Below are positions 17,295 to 26,697 of a stretch of DNA of 64,000 nucleotides, in pieces. Location: assembly GCA_022566315.1 (NCBI GenBank), contig JADFJC010000003.1:6109-70108 (forward strand). Direction: 5' to 3'. The translations under genes and the position numbers were made by a program. Origin of the DNA: Planctomycetota bacterium. Its GTDB lineage: Bacteria; Planctomycetota; Phycisphaerae; Sedimentisphaerales; Anaerobacaceae. The first letter of the stretch is position 1. The number at the start of each line of letters is the position of its first letter. The notes under the pieces are model-generated. The model was not told the origin of the DNA. It did not search any database and saw only the letters and a list, made by a program, of their open reading frames with translations.

Positions 17295-19322
17295 ATGAAG
17301 ACGGAACGCTTTCTTACAATCGCTTGCTTGTTCAGCTTGTATCTCGTAAACGTCGCGCGGTGCGAAGACCAGGCCTCTCAGTGGTGGCTGAAGCCGCATC
17401 GCATGTTGCAAACCAATTTGCGCGAGATCGACGCGACGATGGACGTCGATAAATATATCCAAGACCTGAAGGACTGGAAAATAAATGTGGTGAAGTTCAA
17501 TGTGGGCGGAATTGTGGCGAACTACCCGACCGAGGTGAAGTACCACTGGCGCAACACGTTTATGAAGGGTGACTTGACCGACACCGTGCTGAAGCGTCTG
17601 CACGCCGAAGGGATTCGCATGGCCGGCCGGTTCGACGTGAGCAAAATCAACGAAAAGTTCGCCGCCGAGCATCCCGAGTGGCTTTATGTCAGCGAAGCGG
17701 GAAAGAACGTAAATTACAACGGCCAGGTGCATACGTGCCTCAGCGGCGGATATCAGCAGGAGTACATGTACAAGTTCCTGGCCGAAGCCCTTGACCGCTA
17801 TCCGCTCGACGGCGTGTTCTTCAACATGAGCGGATACCAACGCAGAGACTACAGCCGCAATTATCACGGCATCTGTCAATGCGATAACTGCCGGAGGTTG
17901 TTCAAGGAATACAGCGGCCTGGACCTGCCGCCGACGCAAGACAACAGCGCCGTGTACCGGAAGTACGTCAAGTTCACCCGTGATATGACGACGAAACAGA
18001 ACAACAAGGTGAAGAAGTTCTTTAAGGACAAACGACCCGGTCTCATGCTCTACGTAATGGACGTGATCCGCAGCGAATCCGGCGCTCCCCTTGGCAGGGG
18101 CGCTTACTACGACACGGACAAGGTCAAATCGGCGATGTTGACCATGGGACGAAAACAATACAACAACACGGCGAACCATTTTTTTGAAATGCCCTATCGG
18201 CACGCCGGCTCCGCTCCCTCTCTGCAAGCGCGGCGTCTCTGGGCGCAGGCAGTCAACGGTGCCTGGCTGGGATTCTATATCATGGGGCCGCTCAATCGCC
18301 TGGAAGACCGCGCAGCGCTCAACGTGCTGAAGAACATCTATCGATTTCACGAAGCCAATGAACAGTGGTTCCTCGACACCAAACCAGCCGGCGACGTCGG
18401 AGTGGTTCGCCGAGGCGGAAACGAGTACCAGGGAATTCTCCAAATCCTCTGCGAAGGGCAGGTCAGCTTTGATCTGACCGAACTGGATCCGGAACAGCTC
18501 GACCGGTTCCCGCTGGTCATCGCGCCCGCCGCGGGCGGACTGAATCGAGAGGAGACCACGGTTCTGGACGATTACGTGAAACGGGGCGGGAAACTGCTGC
18601 TGACGCAAAAAGTCCCGAAATATCTGAAGAGCCTTGGTAAAGTCAAACTCCTCGAATCCCGTCCCTCGGAAATGGGCGCCTACGTTCGCATTCGACCGGA
18701 GGACAAAACCGCGTTAGCCAAGCCCTCGCTCGACGACCTGGACCTGGTCTTCTTGGGGGGTGAGTTCCAGGTGTATGAGACGGATAATGACGTCGCGAAG
18801 ATGCTGCGGCTGATTCCGGCAGACATGTTTGGCCCGCCCGAGAAATGCTACTATCGCCACGTGTCGGACCATCCGGCCCTGATCGGCCGCAAGCACGGCA
18901 AAGGCGCGGTCGCCTGCTTCACCTTCGGCATCGGCGAGCACTACGCCAGGTGGGCCCATCAGGGGCACGCCGCTCTGTTGCTCGGCGCCATTGACAACAT
19001 CTTGGGGCTCGAGCGCCGCGCGGTCGTCACGGCGCCGCCCCTGGTCGAGATCAACCAACGCGCCAGTCGGCACGGCAAATTCGAATGGATCAGCCTCTAC
19101 AACCACATCGGCCAACGCGGCAACGCGATGCACATGCCGGTTCCCATTTCCGGCATCCGCATCGATTTCAAACCCCAAAAGTCCGTGCGAGCCATCCGTC
19201 TCCTGGGCGCCAATCAGGAATTGACGTTCACCAAGCGAAATGACGGTCGCATCACGATAGTCCTGCCGCCGTTGAATCACTATGAGATCGTAGTCTTCGA
19301 ATACCAGGACGAACGAGACTGA
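17295..19322 (+). CDS. Secreted putative glycoside hydrolase (GHL6-like TIM barrel + beta-galactosidase-trimerisation-like domain; tentative)
   Basis: 675-aa high-GC ORF with a signal peptide. The middle PLVIAPAAGGLNREETTVLDDYVKRGGKLLLTQ resembles the GATase1-like trimerisation domain of GH42-type enzymes. The family call is from memory only. Confidence 0.5.
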   Translation: MKTERFLTIACLFSLYLVNVARCEDQASQWWLKPHRMLQTNLREIDATMDVDKYIQDLKDWKINVVKFNVGGIVANYPTEVKYHWRNTFMKGDLTDTVLKRLHAEGIRMAGRFDVSKINEKFAAEHPEWLYVSEAGKNVNYNGQVHTCLSGGYQQEYMYKFLAEALDRYPLDGVFFNMSGYQRRDYSRNYHGICQCDNCRRLFKEYSGLDLPPTQDNSAVYRKYVKFTRDMTTKQNNKVKKFFKDKRPGLMLYVMDVIRSESGAPLGRGAYYDTDKVKSAMLTMGRKQYNNTANHFFEMPYRHAGSAPSLQARRLWAQAVNGAWLGFYIMGPLNRLEDRAALNVLKNIYRFHEANEQWFLDTKPAGDVGVVRRGGNEYQGILQILCEGQVSFDLTELDPEQLDRFPLVIAPAAGGLNREETTVLDDYVKRGGKLLLTQKVPKYLKSLGKVKLLESRPSEMGAYVRIRPEDKTALAKPSLDDLDLVFLGGEFQVYETDNDVAKMLRLIPADMFGPPEKCYYRHVSDHPALIGRKHGKGAVACFTFGIGEHYARWAHQGHAALLLGAIDNILGLERRAVVTAPPLVEINQRASRHGKFEWISLYNHIGQRGNAMHMPVPISGIRIDFKPQKSVRAIRLLGANQELTFTKRNDGRITIVLPPLNHYEIVVFEYQDERD

Positions 19323-19494
19323 CGTGCAGCGAGAATGGGCAGTAGTCAACATGAGTCGGTTTCTTCTCGTCGCGTTTTATTTTGATGGGTGTTCCACCCC
19401 CGTTGGGAAGAGGGCAGGTACCCTGTCCATGAAGGCAAATGGGAAATCCAAGCTGATATGTGATCAAAGAAGGACAGACGCAAAGGAAAAAGCA

Positions 19495-21267
19495 ATGCGA
19501 AGGTTTATGCAGACACTTTGTACAGTGGCATTTGCCATTATGCTCCCTGGCCTTGTGTCCCAGGTTCAGGCGGCTGAACAAAAGGTAAAAGTATTTATTC
19601 TAGCAGGTCAGTCCAATATGGAAGGTCATGGCCAAGTTCGCAGTCTCGATGTGGACACGGATCTTGCCATGACGCCGCCGATGGGCTGGAACAGTTGGAA
19701 TGCGTTTGAAAAAGAGATTAACGAGAAGAAGATTAAGGCAATCGCCGACGCGATGGTGACCTCCGGCATGCGTGACGCGGGCTACATATACCTGGTCCTC
19801 GACGACGCGTGGATGGCAAGCGAGCGGGACGAAGCCGGCCGCCTCGTCGCGGACCCCGAGAAATTCCCGAGCGGAATGAAAGCGATCGGGGACTACATTC
19901 ATAGCAAGGGGCTGAAGTATGGCATCTACCAGGACCGCGGAAAGATGACGTGCCAGCAGTTGCCGGGAAGCTTCGGGCACGAGCGGATCGACATGGAGAC
20001 CTTCGCCGAGTGGGGCGTGGATTACATCAAGATGGATAGTTGCTTCGCCGAGAGCAACGGGAGGATGAGTTCAGAGGATTATGCTCTTTATCGTAAGCAT
20101 ATCCAGGCCACGGGCCGACCGATTGTGTTAAGTATCTCGGATTTTGGGAATGCTGCCTGGGCTTGGGGCGGGAAGGAATCCGCCCAACTATGGCGGACTT
20201 CAAATGACATCTACCCTTGGATGGATTCGGTCTATGCCTGTGCGGAAACTTCAGCCGGCGACAGGGCCATTCATCCGGCCTTTAACGGACTCTGGCAGTT
20301 TGCCGCCCCCGGTCATTGGAACGATCCGGACATGCTGCATGTGGGCAACCTGAGGCACATCGACAACGAGCGCAAAGACATTGCCGATCGAGCACACTTC
20401 AGCCTGTGGTGCATTCTCGCCGCCCCCTTGATGGCAGGCAACGACCTCCGCACAATGAGTGATAAGGTGCGCAATGTCCTAACGGCGCCCGAGGTTATCG
20501 CTGTGAACCAGGACAAGCGTGGGATCCAGGGTTACAAGGTCATTGATGATGGTGGCTGTGAGGTTTACAACAAGCCGCTGGCGGATGGGACGACAGCCGT
20601 CTTGCTCCTTAACAAGGGACGTGAAAAAACGGACATTACCGTGCAGTGGGACCAGATCGGTCTTTCGGGCGATCAGCCCGTGCGCGATCTCTGGGCGCGC
20701 GAAGATATCGGAGAATTCAAGGATTCCTTCACGGCCCACGACCTCGGTCTGCATGAGCACCGAATGATCAAGGTAGGCAGGCCTGGACCGCCACTGCCCA
20801 CACCCGCGCCGATGCCGCTTGAGAAATACACCGTGACCCGCAAAGGGGAGACTTACCTGAGCGATCTCTACTACATCTGGAAGGCGGGCAACGTACCGGT
20901 TTACGACGCCACATTCGGCGGCGAACCGATCCGGGTCGCCGGCCAGACCTTCAGCAAGGGAATAGGCGCAAAGGGGAAATGCGCCGTGATGTTCAAGGTC
21001 ACTGGTCGCGCCGACCGCTTCCGGGCGATGGTGGCAATGGACAAATCCTCCCAGGAAGACGCTAAGGGACGGTTCCGCGTGTACAACGAGGACTTCTTTG
21101 CCAACCAGGTCTTATGGGACAGTGGCAAGATGACGAAGGATTCACCCGCCAAGGAAATCGACATCGAGTTGAACGACGTTCAGTGCCTGATGCTGGTCTT
21201 CGATGGAAAAAATGCTCTGGGCAACTGGGCCGATGCGCGTGTGATTAACGAAGCTGAAAGTGACTAA
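19495..21267 (+). CDS. GH27 alpha-galactosidase with C-terminal NPCBM-like carbohydrate-binding module
   Basis: PPMGWNSWNAF, YLVLDDAWMA, FPSGMKAIGDYIHSKGLKYGIY and WGVDYIKMDSC are GH27 hallmarks. The C-terminal TYLSDLYY...GIGAKGKCAVMFKV...FRAMVAMD is NPCBM-like. Start chosen at MRRFMQTLC (signal peptide). Confidence 0.85.
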   Translation: MRRFMQTLCTVAFAIMLPGLVSQVQAAEQKVKVFILAGQSNMEGHGQVRSLDVDTDLAMTPPMGWNSWNAFEKEINEKKIKAIADAMVTSGMRDAGYIYLVLDDAWMASERDEAGRLVADPEKFPSGMKAIGDYIHSKGLKYGIYQDRGKMTCQQLPGSFGHERIDMETFAEWGVDYIKMDSCFAESNGRMSSEDYALYRKHIQATGRPIVLSISDFGNAAWAWGGKESAQLWRTSNDIYPWMDSVYACAETSAGDRAIHPAFNGLWQFAAPGHWNDPDMLHVGNLRHIDNERKDIADRAHFSLWCILAAPLMAGNDLRTMSDKVRNVLTAPEVIAVNQDKRGIQGYKVIDDGGCEVYNKPLADGTTAVLLLNKGREKTDITVQWDQIGLSGDQPVRDLWAREDIGEFKDSFTAHDLGLHEHRMIKVGRPGPPLPTPAPMPLEKYTVTRKGETYLSDLYYIWKAGNVPVYDATFGGEPIRVAGQTFSKGIGAKGKCAVMFKVTGRADRFRAMVAMDKSSQEDAKGRFRVYNEDFFANQVLWDSGKMTKDSPAKEIDIELNDVQCLMLVFDGKNALGNWADARVINEAESD

Positions 21268-21298
21268 AGACAGGGCTGTCTAATTTTATCCCTTAGAA

Positions 21299-21577
21299 TT
21301 GGAGACCATTATGAGAAATTCATTACTTATTATCCTTGCCTTTATGGTCCTACCCTGGACGTGCGAAGGTAAAGAAAACGCAGCCAACAGAGAGGATGCA
21401 AGGGCAGGTGTTGTCACTTCATCTTCCCGCGGCCTACACGGGTACGTCGGTTACAGTGCATCCCGGCCGCCGGCCCGGGCCAACTACAGTGCGGGCATGG
21501 GCTTTTATTCCGCCGGATGCACTGCCAGCATAGCCGTTCCTCCCACAATTACAGGACCGCCGAGGGTGATGTTATGA
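21299..21577 (+). pseudogene. 5' fragment duplicate of the 24780-26435 gene
   Basis: MRNSLLIILAFMVLPWTCEGK...GVVTSSSRGLHGYVGYSASRPPARANYSAGMGFYSA parallels MRTSLLVILILTTLPWACEGK...GVVTSSSRGLHGYISYSATRPPDRATYSAGMGFYAA. It then diverges and terminates. Confidence 0.6.
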
Positions 21578-21706
21578 TCGGCTTCAACTGTCAAAGAACC
21601 TTGGCCGAACAAGAACCTGTCACAAGAGTAGCATTTGTGAAGTCAAATGGAAAATCTCGGTTCAAGATAATAATTGGATTAGAACTTTCAAGAAAGGAAA
21701 CGAATA

Positions 21707-24382
21707 ATGGATAAGTTGATCTGGAAACACATTGTTGGATTTTTTCTGTGTGTGGTTGTTGTCCTTTTGATGAACATTTCTGCTTATTCACAGTCTTCCG
21801 ATTTCTATGCCTACTATACAAGGCTGGATTATGAGGACGGGAACAATACAGGAAAATATGCTGATATTGTCGTCAATGTAGGACAACTGGGAAAATTTGT
21901 ATTCAGCCGTGAATACAGTTATTTGCCGTACTGGCAAGCATCAGAAACGAAGCACTTTCTTGACAAAATAATACCTATCAATGGTGACGGACCTGCTGAG
22001 AGACCCGATAAAATCAACAAATGCTCTTATGTCAGGGTAATTAAAAATTCATCTGCTAAGGTTATCATTCACTGGAGGTATGCCCCGGACCAAAACAGTG
22101 AAAACTTTACAGATTTCAAGAAAAGTTATGATGGCGATATTGGGAAGTATTTTGCCGATTATACGGACGAATATTTTACCATTAATGCAGATGCAACTGT
22201 TATTAGAAGAGTAAAAAAAGGCTGTTATAAACTTGATGACTGGAATGATCCCTTGAATGAAATCAGGCAGGAATTGGAACTTACATCCTCAGGCATTACA
22301 ATTAAAAATACCACACCGGCAAAGTTGCAGAATCTCCCGGGAGAAGCAGTTCCGGGGCCTGTAATTATCAATAAGGGGGTCCAATCTCCGGTGGTATGGA
22401 TGAGGTTTGATGAAGGATTAAACACTAATTATAATCTTACAAAAGAGAGTGTTCATGGCTATAATTGTGTTATCAGCGGTATGGATAGCTATTGGAGAAC
22501 AGGCGTATCCGGAACATGTCTGTCATTTGACGGTTATACCAATAAAGTAACTCTGCCTGCTCCAGAACTGCCGGATATCAGTGGTAATTTTACAATAGAA
22601 GCCTGGATCGCTCCTCAGGAATATTCCTGGAACTGGTCAGGTATTGTTGATCATGACCAGGATAAACGGGCCGGATATTCCCTGGGGATAAATCATTTAG
22701 GTCAAATAGGACTGCATGCTTATGTAAACGGAGAATGGCAGGGATTAACCACGAGTGAAACGGCTGACCTGTTAAAATGGACCTTTGTCACCGGTGTTTA
22801 CGAAAAAACAAAAGGCTTCTCTATTTATTTCGACGGAGTCTTAGTGGGTACCAAACCGGCATCAGGGGCAGTCAGAGATGCAAGGAATCTGGATCTTTAT
22901 ATCGGTATGGCTCATGAAAAAAAACATCCATGGGCTTTTGAACGTAACATCACAAAGTCTTTCCTTTCAAATATGGTTTTCAGTGGTCTGATCGATGAAG
23001 TACGGGTATTTGACAGAGCCCTGAATGCGTCAGAAATATACTCGGATTACCTTGTTTTTAAGCCTGATGTCCTGGAACCTTTGCAATATTGGGTTTTGCC
23101 GGCAGGACCGGACAAGTCAGGCGATTTTGGTGCTACTTATACAAAACTCAAATGCAGCCCGGAGTGGGATGGCCTTTGGCGCGTGGGTGACTATGCGGAT
23201 ATAGTTGTATCCTTTGACGATAAACCTAACCGGTTCGTTTTTTGGCGGGGCACAAATTATCTGCCCAGCCTGGTTACTGAACCGGGTCCGGGAGGTATCT
23301 GGGTAAGTGACCAGGGCCCAGAAAATTATACCAACCAATGCTATGAGCATATGTCCGATAAGATATGCCGCTACTCACACGTCCGGCTAATTGAGAATAC
23401 TGATGCAAGGGTGGTTGTTCACTGGCGGAATGCAAGCGTAAGTATTAGTTATGACTGGATGCAAATAGATAAAAACGGATGGGGTTTGTGGACTGATGAG
23501 TATTGGTATATATATCCGGATGCTGTATCTGTACGTTATCAGGTGAGCAGAAGATTAGCCGACCTCCCAGCACAAACACAACAAAATGAACTGCTCAGCC
23601 AACCAGGAACCAGGCCTGAAGACAATGTTTCGTATGATGCCATCACCCTTTCCAATATGGCAGGAGAAACAGAAATATGGAATTATTCCGTTGGGCCAAC
23701 CTTTAGGAAAGGTGCACCGATTGCTGAAAATAAAAATCTGGTATATATGAATCTTAAATCTGAATATAAACATTTCAATATTGGAGAAATCGGTTCAAAT
23801 TGGGTGCCATATAGTCAATGGGAATCAATGAGATTGGCTTATGGCTATTCAAAGTATAATGCATGGAACCATTATCCTTTTGGCCTTTTGCCAAGTGATG
23901 GCACGGTAACAACCGGAAGAGACCGGACAAGCTCTTCATGCCTGGGGACACTTTATGGCTTGAAGCATCTTCTGGACGATGGTCGAACAGAGCTATATAA
24001 TATTTATGGAATAACAAAGCTTCCGGCAACCGAGCTTAAGATTCTCAACCGTTCATGGAATTCACCTCCTGTTATAGCTGATTTGAATGGATGTGAAAGT
24101 ACTGGATATGATAAAAGACAAAGGGCTTATTTGATAAAAAAAGAATCTGACGAGTTATCATTTAGCCTGAATGGTACTGAAAAAAATCCCGTAATGAATC
24201 CTTGTTTTATTATTAAGGACTGGGGTAATCAGCCTTTGGCTCACCTGGAAATAAACGGGGAGAAACAAGTTCCAGACACGAATTTCAGGCAAGGGATCAT
24301 AAGGGATACAGACGGTACAGAAACGATGATAATCTGGATCAAGCAAAAAACATATAAACGGATAAGTTATAAAATTTACTGA
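21707..24382 (+). CDS. Secreted LamG (concanavalin-A-like) domain protein with internally duplicated flanking domains
   Basis: 891 aa, AT-rich. LamG core SFDGYTNKVTLP...FTIEAWIAP...FDGVLVG...LYIGM...GLIDEVRVFDRALNASEI. The N-terminal YADIVVNVGQLGKFVFSREYSYLPYW...CSYVRVIKNSSAKVIIHWRY is repeated as YADIVVSFDDKPNRFVFWRGTNYLPSL...CRYSHVRLIENTDARVVVHWRN. Confidence 0.7.
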   Translation: MDKLIWKHIVGFFLCVVVVLLMNISAYSQSSDFYAYYTRLDYEDGNNTGKYADIVVNVGQLGKFVFSREYSYLPYWQASETKHFLDKIIPINGDGPAERPDKINKCSYVRVIKNSSAKVIIHWRYAPDQNSENFTDFKKSYDGDIGKYFADYTDEYFTINADATVIRRVKKGCYKLDDWNDPLNEIRQELELTSSGITIKNTTPAKLQNLPGEAVPGPVIINKGVQSPVVWMRFDEGLNTNYNLTKESVHGYNCVISGMDSYWRTGVSGTCLSFDGYTNKVTLPAPELPDISGNFTIEAWIAPQEYSWNWSGIVDHDQDKRAGYSLGINHLGQIGLHAYVNGEWQGLTTSETADLLKWTFVTGVYEKTKGFSIYFDGVLVGTKPASGAVRDARNLDLYIGMAHEKKHPWAFERNITKSFLSNMVFSGLIDEVRVFDRALNASEIYSDYLVFKPDVLEPLQYWVLPAGPDKSGDFGATYTKLKCSPEWDGLWRVGDYADIVVSFDDKPNRFVFWRGTNYLPSLVTEPGPGGIWVSDQGPENYTNQCYEHMSDKICRYSHVRLIENTDARVVVHWRNASVSISYDWMQIDKNGWGLWTDEYWYIYPDAVSVRYQVSRRLADLPAQTQQNELLSQPGTRPEDNVSYDAITLSNMAGETEIWNYSVGPTFRKGAPIAENKNLVYMNLKSEYKHFNIGEIGSNWVPYSQWESMRLAYGYSKYNAWNHYPFGLLPSDGTVTTGRDRTSSSCLGTLYGLKHLLDDGRTELYNIYGITKLPATELKILNRSWNSPPVIADLNGCESTGYDKRQRAYLIKKESDELSFSLNGTEKNPVMNPCFIIKDWGNQPLAHLEINGEKQVPDTNFRQGIIRDTDGTETMIIWIKQKTYKRISYKIY

Positions 24383-24779
24383 ATAAAGTGATTCTATAAA
24401 GAGATAATAGAGTGATTACTATTTCCTGTAATGGAATATTTTTATACGATTGATGGAATTTCCCGTGTCCCACCGAAAAACCTCATCTGCCTTGTCTCTC
24501 AAGGGGTTATGTGACCTTACCACGTGCGACTAAGCATGTGTTTGTAATAAGTGTGCTCAGTTCAAAGCCAGATGTCTCACCCATGAGTTTCTTCGGACAC
24601 ACAATTGTGACAGCCTCAATTGGCATGGCTAATTGTTCTTGTGATACAGGGTTGCTGCTCCGCAGGAATCCGCCTATAATTAGAGCATATGCTTAAACTT
24701 AGGTGTTGCCGGCAAGACGCCGGCGTTACGTAGCTTTCGCAACAGTAACTAAATAACCATCTTAATTAAGGAGAAAGAC

Positions 24780-26435
24780 ATGAGAACTTCATTATTAGTA
24801 ATCCTTATCCTCACAACCCTGCCGTGGGCTTGTGAAGGGAAGCAGAATAATTCAGACAACGCCGGGAAAGGTCAAGCAGGTGTCGTTACTTCATCTTCCC
24901 GAGGTCTGCACGGTTATATAAGCTACAGTGCAACCCGTCCGCCGGACCGGGCTACTTACAGTGCGGGCATGGGTTTTTATGCCGCGGTCTGGCCGCTGAT
25001 TGACAAGCCGATTGCCCGTTTTCAGATCGGCCTGCCCAGTGCCTGGATATCACCGGACAATTCCGACAACAAGGATAAGCCGCTCGCTCCAATCGGTACA
25101 CATGCCAGGGATAACTGGCCGGAGCGGGGGCCTACCTGGGGGAGCGTTTTTCAGACCGTGGAAGGAGGCCTGGGTTATTGGGCTCGCAATCACTTCCGCT
25201 ACGGCCCGCCTAAATTCAGCCTGAACGCCACCCCGCAATGTTACGATTACGAGGTCGGATCACCTGGGTGGTCGTTCTTTTACAGCAACGAAGCCCTGCC
25301 GGATAATCGATTGGGAATTGCTCAATTGAGCAATCGTCTGCTCATTCCGCCGGACGCACTGCCTTTCGAGGGCAATCCCAACGGCAAATTCCTGGGGATC
25401 ACCTACATGGCCTTACCCTTTACCGAGCCTACCACCGGGGACCCGCCAACCGGCGATCAGGCCTGGACCTGTTTTCTCAGTGCGGCTAACTTCAAAGGAC
25501 CGATGGCCTATTATATCCCGGAGACATGGAGCAAGATCGGTAAGCTGTTTAATTATCCCTTTATCTATGGACGTGGACTCGACGCCCGGCCTGGCAGGAT
25601 GGGCGGCGGCGCCATGGAGATCAACACCGTGCCGTGTTTCCGGTCCCAGGACTCCAAAGGTGTCGTTTATTCGAAGCTGCCGAAGTTGCAGTTTCCGGTA
25701 GACGACCAGGGAAGAACCCTGCTCGTGCAGGACGTGACGTATTATTCCAAAGCAGCCCTTTATGATGCCTTCAAGGCATGGCGGGACGGTGGCCCGGCCT
25801 GCTCCGGACGGTTCGACGAGAAGGGCGTCTGGAAGTCCACGTTGAAGACGCGTACACCGCGTTTCGATCAAGCCGGCAAGAGAATCACAGGTGTTGACAA
25901 AATCTTTAACACCAAGGTCTTTGAATCCAATGTGTGGGGCCTGGAGTGGTACGATGGCACTACCAACACCAATGGCTATTTTCCACAATATTTCAAACAT
26001 GTCGGGGATGAGCGTGTGGCCGTGTCCGCTGCGGACGTGCCCGCGGAGACGCAGCTCCTGACCAAGGAATTCAAACTGGCGAGTCGGGGCCAGCCCTACA
26101 CTTCACCGGCCGCCGGAGCCTGGAGCAATCCCGGCCCGGCGCGGGGACCGTTCACGGCCACTCTCGCCGACAGTTCTATGGTCACCTATTCCTGGTATCG
26201 TTTTGTCGATCAGCCGTCTTTCCAGCAATATAAGTGGAGTGACGATAAAAAGGCGAAATTGCAGTCCTTTGTCGAAAAAATACACGCCAATTGGCCGATC
26301 GACAGGGATTACATGGCACCACCCAGCAGCGGAGAATTGGCGACACTCGATCCGGCCCTGCTCGTGACACCGCCGAATGGCCTGGAAGTTGGCTACGTGC
26401 CGATCGTGACACGTCAGGAAGATGCTGATCAATAA
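24780..26435 (+). CDS. Secreted hypothetical protein (high GC)
   Basis: 551-aa ORF with AAGGAG SD and a signal peptide. No family recognised. Confidence 0.6.
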   Translation: MRTSLLVILILTTLPWACEGKQNNSDNAGKGQAGVVTSSSRGLHGYISYSATRPPDRATYSAGMGFYAAVWPLIDKPIARFQIGLPSAWISPDNSDNKDKPLAPIGTHARDNWPERGPTWGSVFQTVEGGLGYWARNHFRYGPPKFSLNATPQCYDYEVGSPGWSFFYSNEALPDNRLGIAQLSNRLLIPPDALPFEGNPNGKFLGITYMALPFTEPTTGDPPTGDQAWTCFLSAANFKGPMAYYIPETWSKIGKLFNYPFIYGRGLDARPGRMGGGAMEINTVPCFRSQDSKGVVYSKLPKLQFPVDDQGRTLLVQDVTYYSKAALYDAFKAWRDGGPACSGRFDEKGVWKSTLKTRTPRFDQAGKRITGVDKIFNTKVFESNVWGLEWYDGTTNTNGYFPQYFKHVGDERVAVSAADVPAETQLLTKEFKLASRGQPYTSPAAGAWSNPGPARGPFTATLADSSMVTYSWYRFVDQPSFQQYKWSDDKKAKLQSFVEKIHANWPIDRDYMAPPSSGELATLDPALLVTPPNGLEVGYVPIVTRQEDADQ

Positions 26436-26697
26436 TGTGAAACATGTGGCTTCAATTGGTTGCAATTCGAGGATGATTTTGATATTATCGTGGGGTTGGA
26501 GGGCTTGGTTGTGTAGCCAAGCTTTTATGGGAAATATCGAATAAGAGAAAGGAGAGCCCATACAACCCAAATATGAATACAAGGCAACGGCAAAGGCCAG
26601 TATCTGTACGATCATTATCCTTTCGTTCAACCTGATAGCAAACGGTGAGGGAGGAAAGGTTAACTGGAATCAATTTCGCGGCCCCAATGGACAGGGA

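Noticed and set aside
17259-18608. 449-aa ORF on the minus strand
   Set aside because: It lies entirely antisense to the 675-aa high-GC gene. The translation is low-complexity and Arg/Ala/Val/His-rich, with no motifs. This is a typical shadow ORF of GC-rich coding DNA. The same reasoning applies to 18714-19352(-), 25413-26000(-), 26103-26630(-), 35404-35973(-), 39293-39751(-), 39773-40192(-) and 40406-41200(-).
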